In this document: positions 30,973 through 32,000 of the stretch, piece after piece
How the letters are laid out: each line of letters starts with the position of its first letter
Numbering within the stretch: position 1 is the first letter of the stretch
NCBI RefSeq assembly: GCF_035474675.1
Contig: NZ_DATINC010000185.1
Coordinates: 22,456 to 54,455 of the forward strand
Length of the DNA stretch: 32,000 nt
DNA from: Jatrophihabitans sp.
GTDB taxonomy: Bacteria > Actinomycetota > Actinomycetes > Mycobacteriales > Jatrophihabitantaceae
Direction of reading: 5' to 3'
The notes under the pieces: generated by a model
The model's database searches: none
What the model was told of the DNA's origin: nothing
What the model saw: only the letters and a program-made list of their open reading frames with translations
Program-made: the position numbers and the translations under genes

Positions 30973-32000
30973 CTTTCTACGGCATCTGCGGGCTTGTCTG
31001 CCGCCAGCAGCGTGATCGAACCGTCGCGGTGCTGTAGGCCTTCGAGTTGGAGTGAGCCGCCCGGTCCGATAGCCGCGGGGAGCTCACGCACTGGCTCCGG
31101 GTGGGCGAGATCGGCGGAAAGTGTGGCGATCCGGCGAGTCATCGCAAGCGCTTGGTTCGCTGTCCCACCGCTCACCAGCCGGCCGAGCTTGAGGTCCACT
31201 GACGCGAGCTCCGCCGCGAACGCCCGCAGGTCGACCACCCCCGCGTCGAGCTCGTCCGCGTGCTGTTGCAGTCCTTCACGGAGCAGCGGGAAAGCATGGT
31301 CAGGGTCGTGCGCGACTGCTTCACCAACCGAGAGCAACGTGGCGCGAGTATGTAGCGCCAGACTGGTCCGGTAGAGGGCGATCTCGCGCCAGAACTCGCC
31401 GCTCTCGAGGTCGACGATGCCGGGGAACGCCTCGCTCAACTGGTCGAGGTTGACAGCACCGTCGAAGGCGGCCAGTCGGCTTCGCCACTCCTGCAGTTTG
31501 CGGCTCGACCGCTGCCACTCGCGACTGACCGTGTCGGCCGCGGAGTCGATGCCGAGGGCGGTCGGAACGAAACCTGCGTCGATCACACTGCGTGCGGCCA
31601 GATCCAACCGGCGAGCGGCCGCTTCAAGGCCGGCGATCTGCTGCCTGATCTGCTCATCGCGTGTTGCGGCTGCGAGCTCACGGATCGACTGCAACTGTCG
31701 GCGTTGCTCGGCAGCCACGGCCATCTCCAACCCGGCCGTGACCGCAGCGACCAGGAGGACGGGCGCCAGAGCAGGCGCCGCTGCGGCCGTGGCATCGGCA
31801 CCTGCTGCCCCGCCACCGGCGGGAACGTAGCTGCCATGCCCGACGACCGTCTTTGCCGCAACCGTACGGACCGGTGAGCGGTACCCCCCGGATACCGAAG
31901 GCATGATCTCGTACATCCCACGGGCGATGCCGTGCAGCAACTCCGGGCTGGCTTCGAACCGAAAGAACAGGTCGGTGCTCAGGCTCGTCGCCGTCACCAT
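30969..32000 (-). CDS. Hypothetical membrane-anchored helical protein (possibly 5'-truncated by window edge)
   Basis: 343-codon ORF with a natural amino-acid composition and GC-rich third positions. One hydrophobic segment (APALAPVLLVAAVTAGLEMAVAA) is followed by ~240 aa of helix-prone sequence (QRRQLQSIRELAAATRDEQIRQQIAGLEAAARRL...). I recognise no motif. Its TAA (complement of 30969-30971) overlaps the brxHI TAG (30970-30972). The ATG sits exactly at 31998-32000, so an upstream extension cannot be excluded. Confidence 0.6.
   Translation of the reverse strand: MVTATSLSTDLFFRFEASPELLHGIARGMYEIMPSVSGGYRSPVRTVAAKTVVGHGSYVPAGGGAAGADATAAAAPALAPVLLVAAVTAGLEMAVAAEQRRQLQSIRELAAATRDEQIRQQIAGLEAAARRLDLAARSVIDAGFVPTALGIDSAADTVSREWQRSSRKLQEWRSRLAAFDGAVNLDQLSEAFPGIVDLESGEFWREIALYRTSLALHTRATLLSVGEAVAHDPDHAFPLLREGLQQHADELDAGVVDLRAFAAELASVDLKLGRLVSGGTANQALAMTRRIATLSADLAHPEPVRELPAAIGPGGSLQLEGLQHRDGSITLLAADKPADAVES

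Noticed and set aside
1-32000. Search for an integrase, transposase, IS ends, prophage genes or rRNA/tRNA genes that would define a mobile element
   Set aside because: No ORF in any frame shows recombinase or transposase motifs, and no terminal inverted repeats or tRNA-like structures were seen. The island status rests on composition only and is reported as a low-interest finding.

Overview
This is a high-GC actinobacterial chromosomal segment. Single 60-nt rows counted by hand give about 77% GC at 1-60, 73% at 16001-16060, 55-58% in the 12.8-13.2 kb intergenic region and 50% at 18841-18900. The left 11 kb holds ordinary genes: a MacB-type ABC ATPase, a giant FtsX permease, an EamA exporter, a LysR regulator, a VOC/glyoxalase protein, an S51 peptidase translationally coupled to a Ski2-like helicase, and a LacI regulator. 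At 11.1-12.8 kb an AfsA/ScbA-type gamma-butyrolactone (GBL) synthase gene lies convergent with an ArpA/ScbR-type TetR receptor gene. A 15-bp x4 tandem repeat separates them. From 13.4 to 31.0 kb lies the dominant system, a complete and intact six-gene type 2 BREX / Pgl phage-resistance operon (pglW-pglX-pglY-pglZ-brxD-brxHI). Every gene junction in it is a stop/start overlap. BREX type 2 / Pgl is an already described family, so I do not claim it as new. Known biology does not explain four things: (i) the 607-bp low-GC divergent control region shared by the GBL receptor gene and pglW, which raises the possibility of hormone-gated BREX expression; (ii) the domain layout of PglW (NERD, degenerate kinase, intact kinase, alphaCTD-like HhH, long unknown tail); (iii) an unrecognisable membrane-anchored protein gene convergent with brxHI and cut by the window edge; (iv) the iterated-stop tandem repeat. 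I found no rRNA, tRNA, CRISPR array, integrase or transposase. All family assignments rest on motifs read by eye, and no database search was possible.
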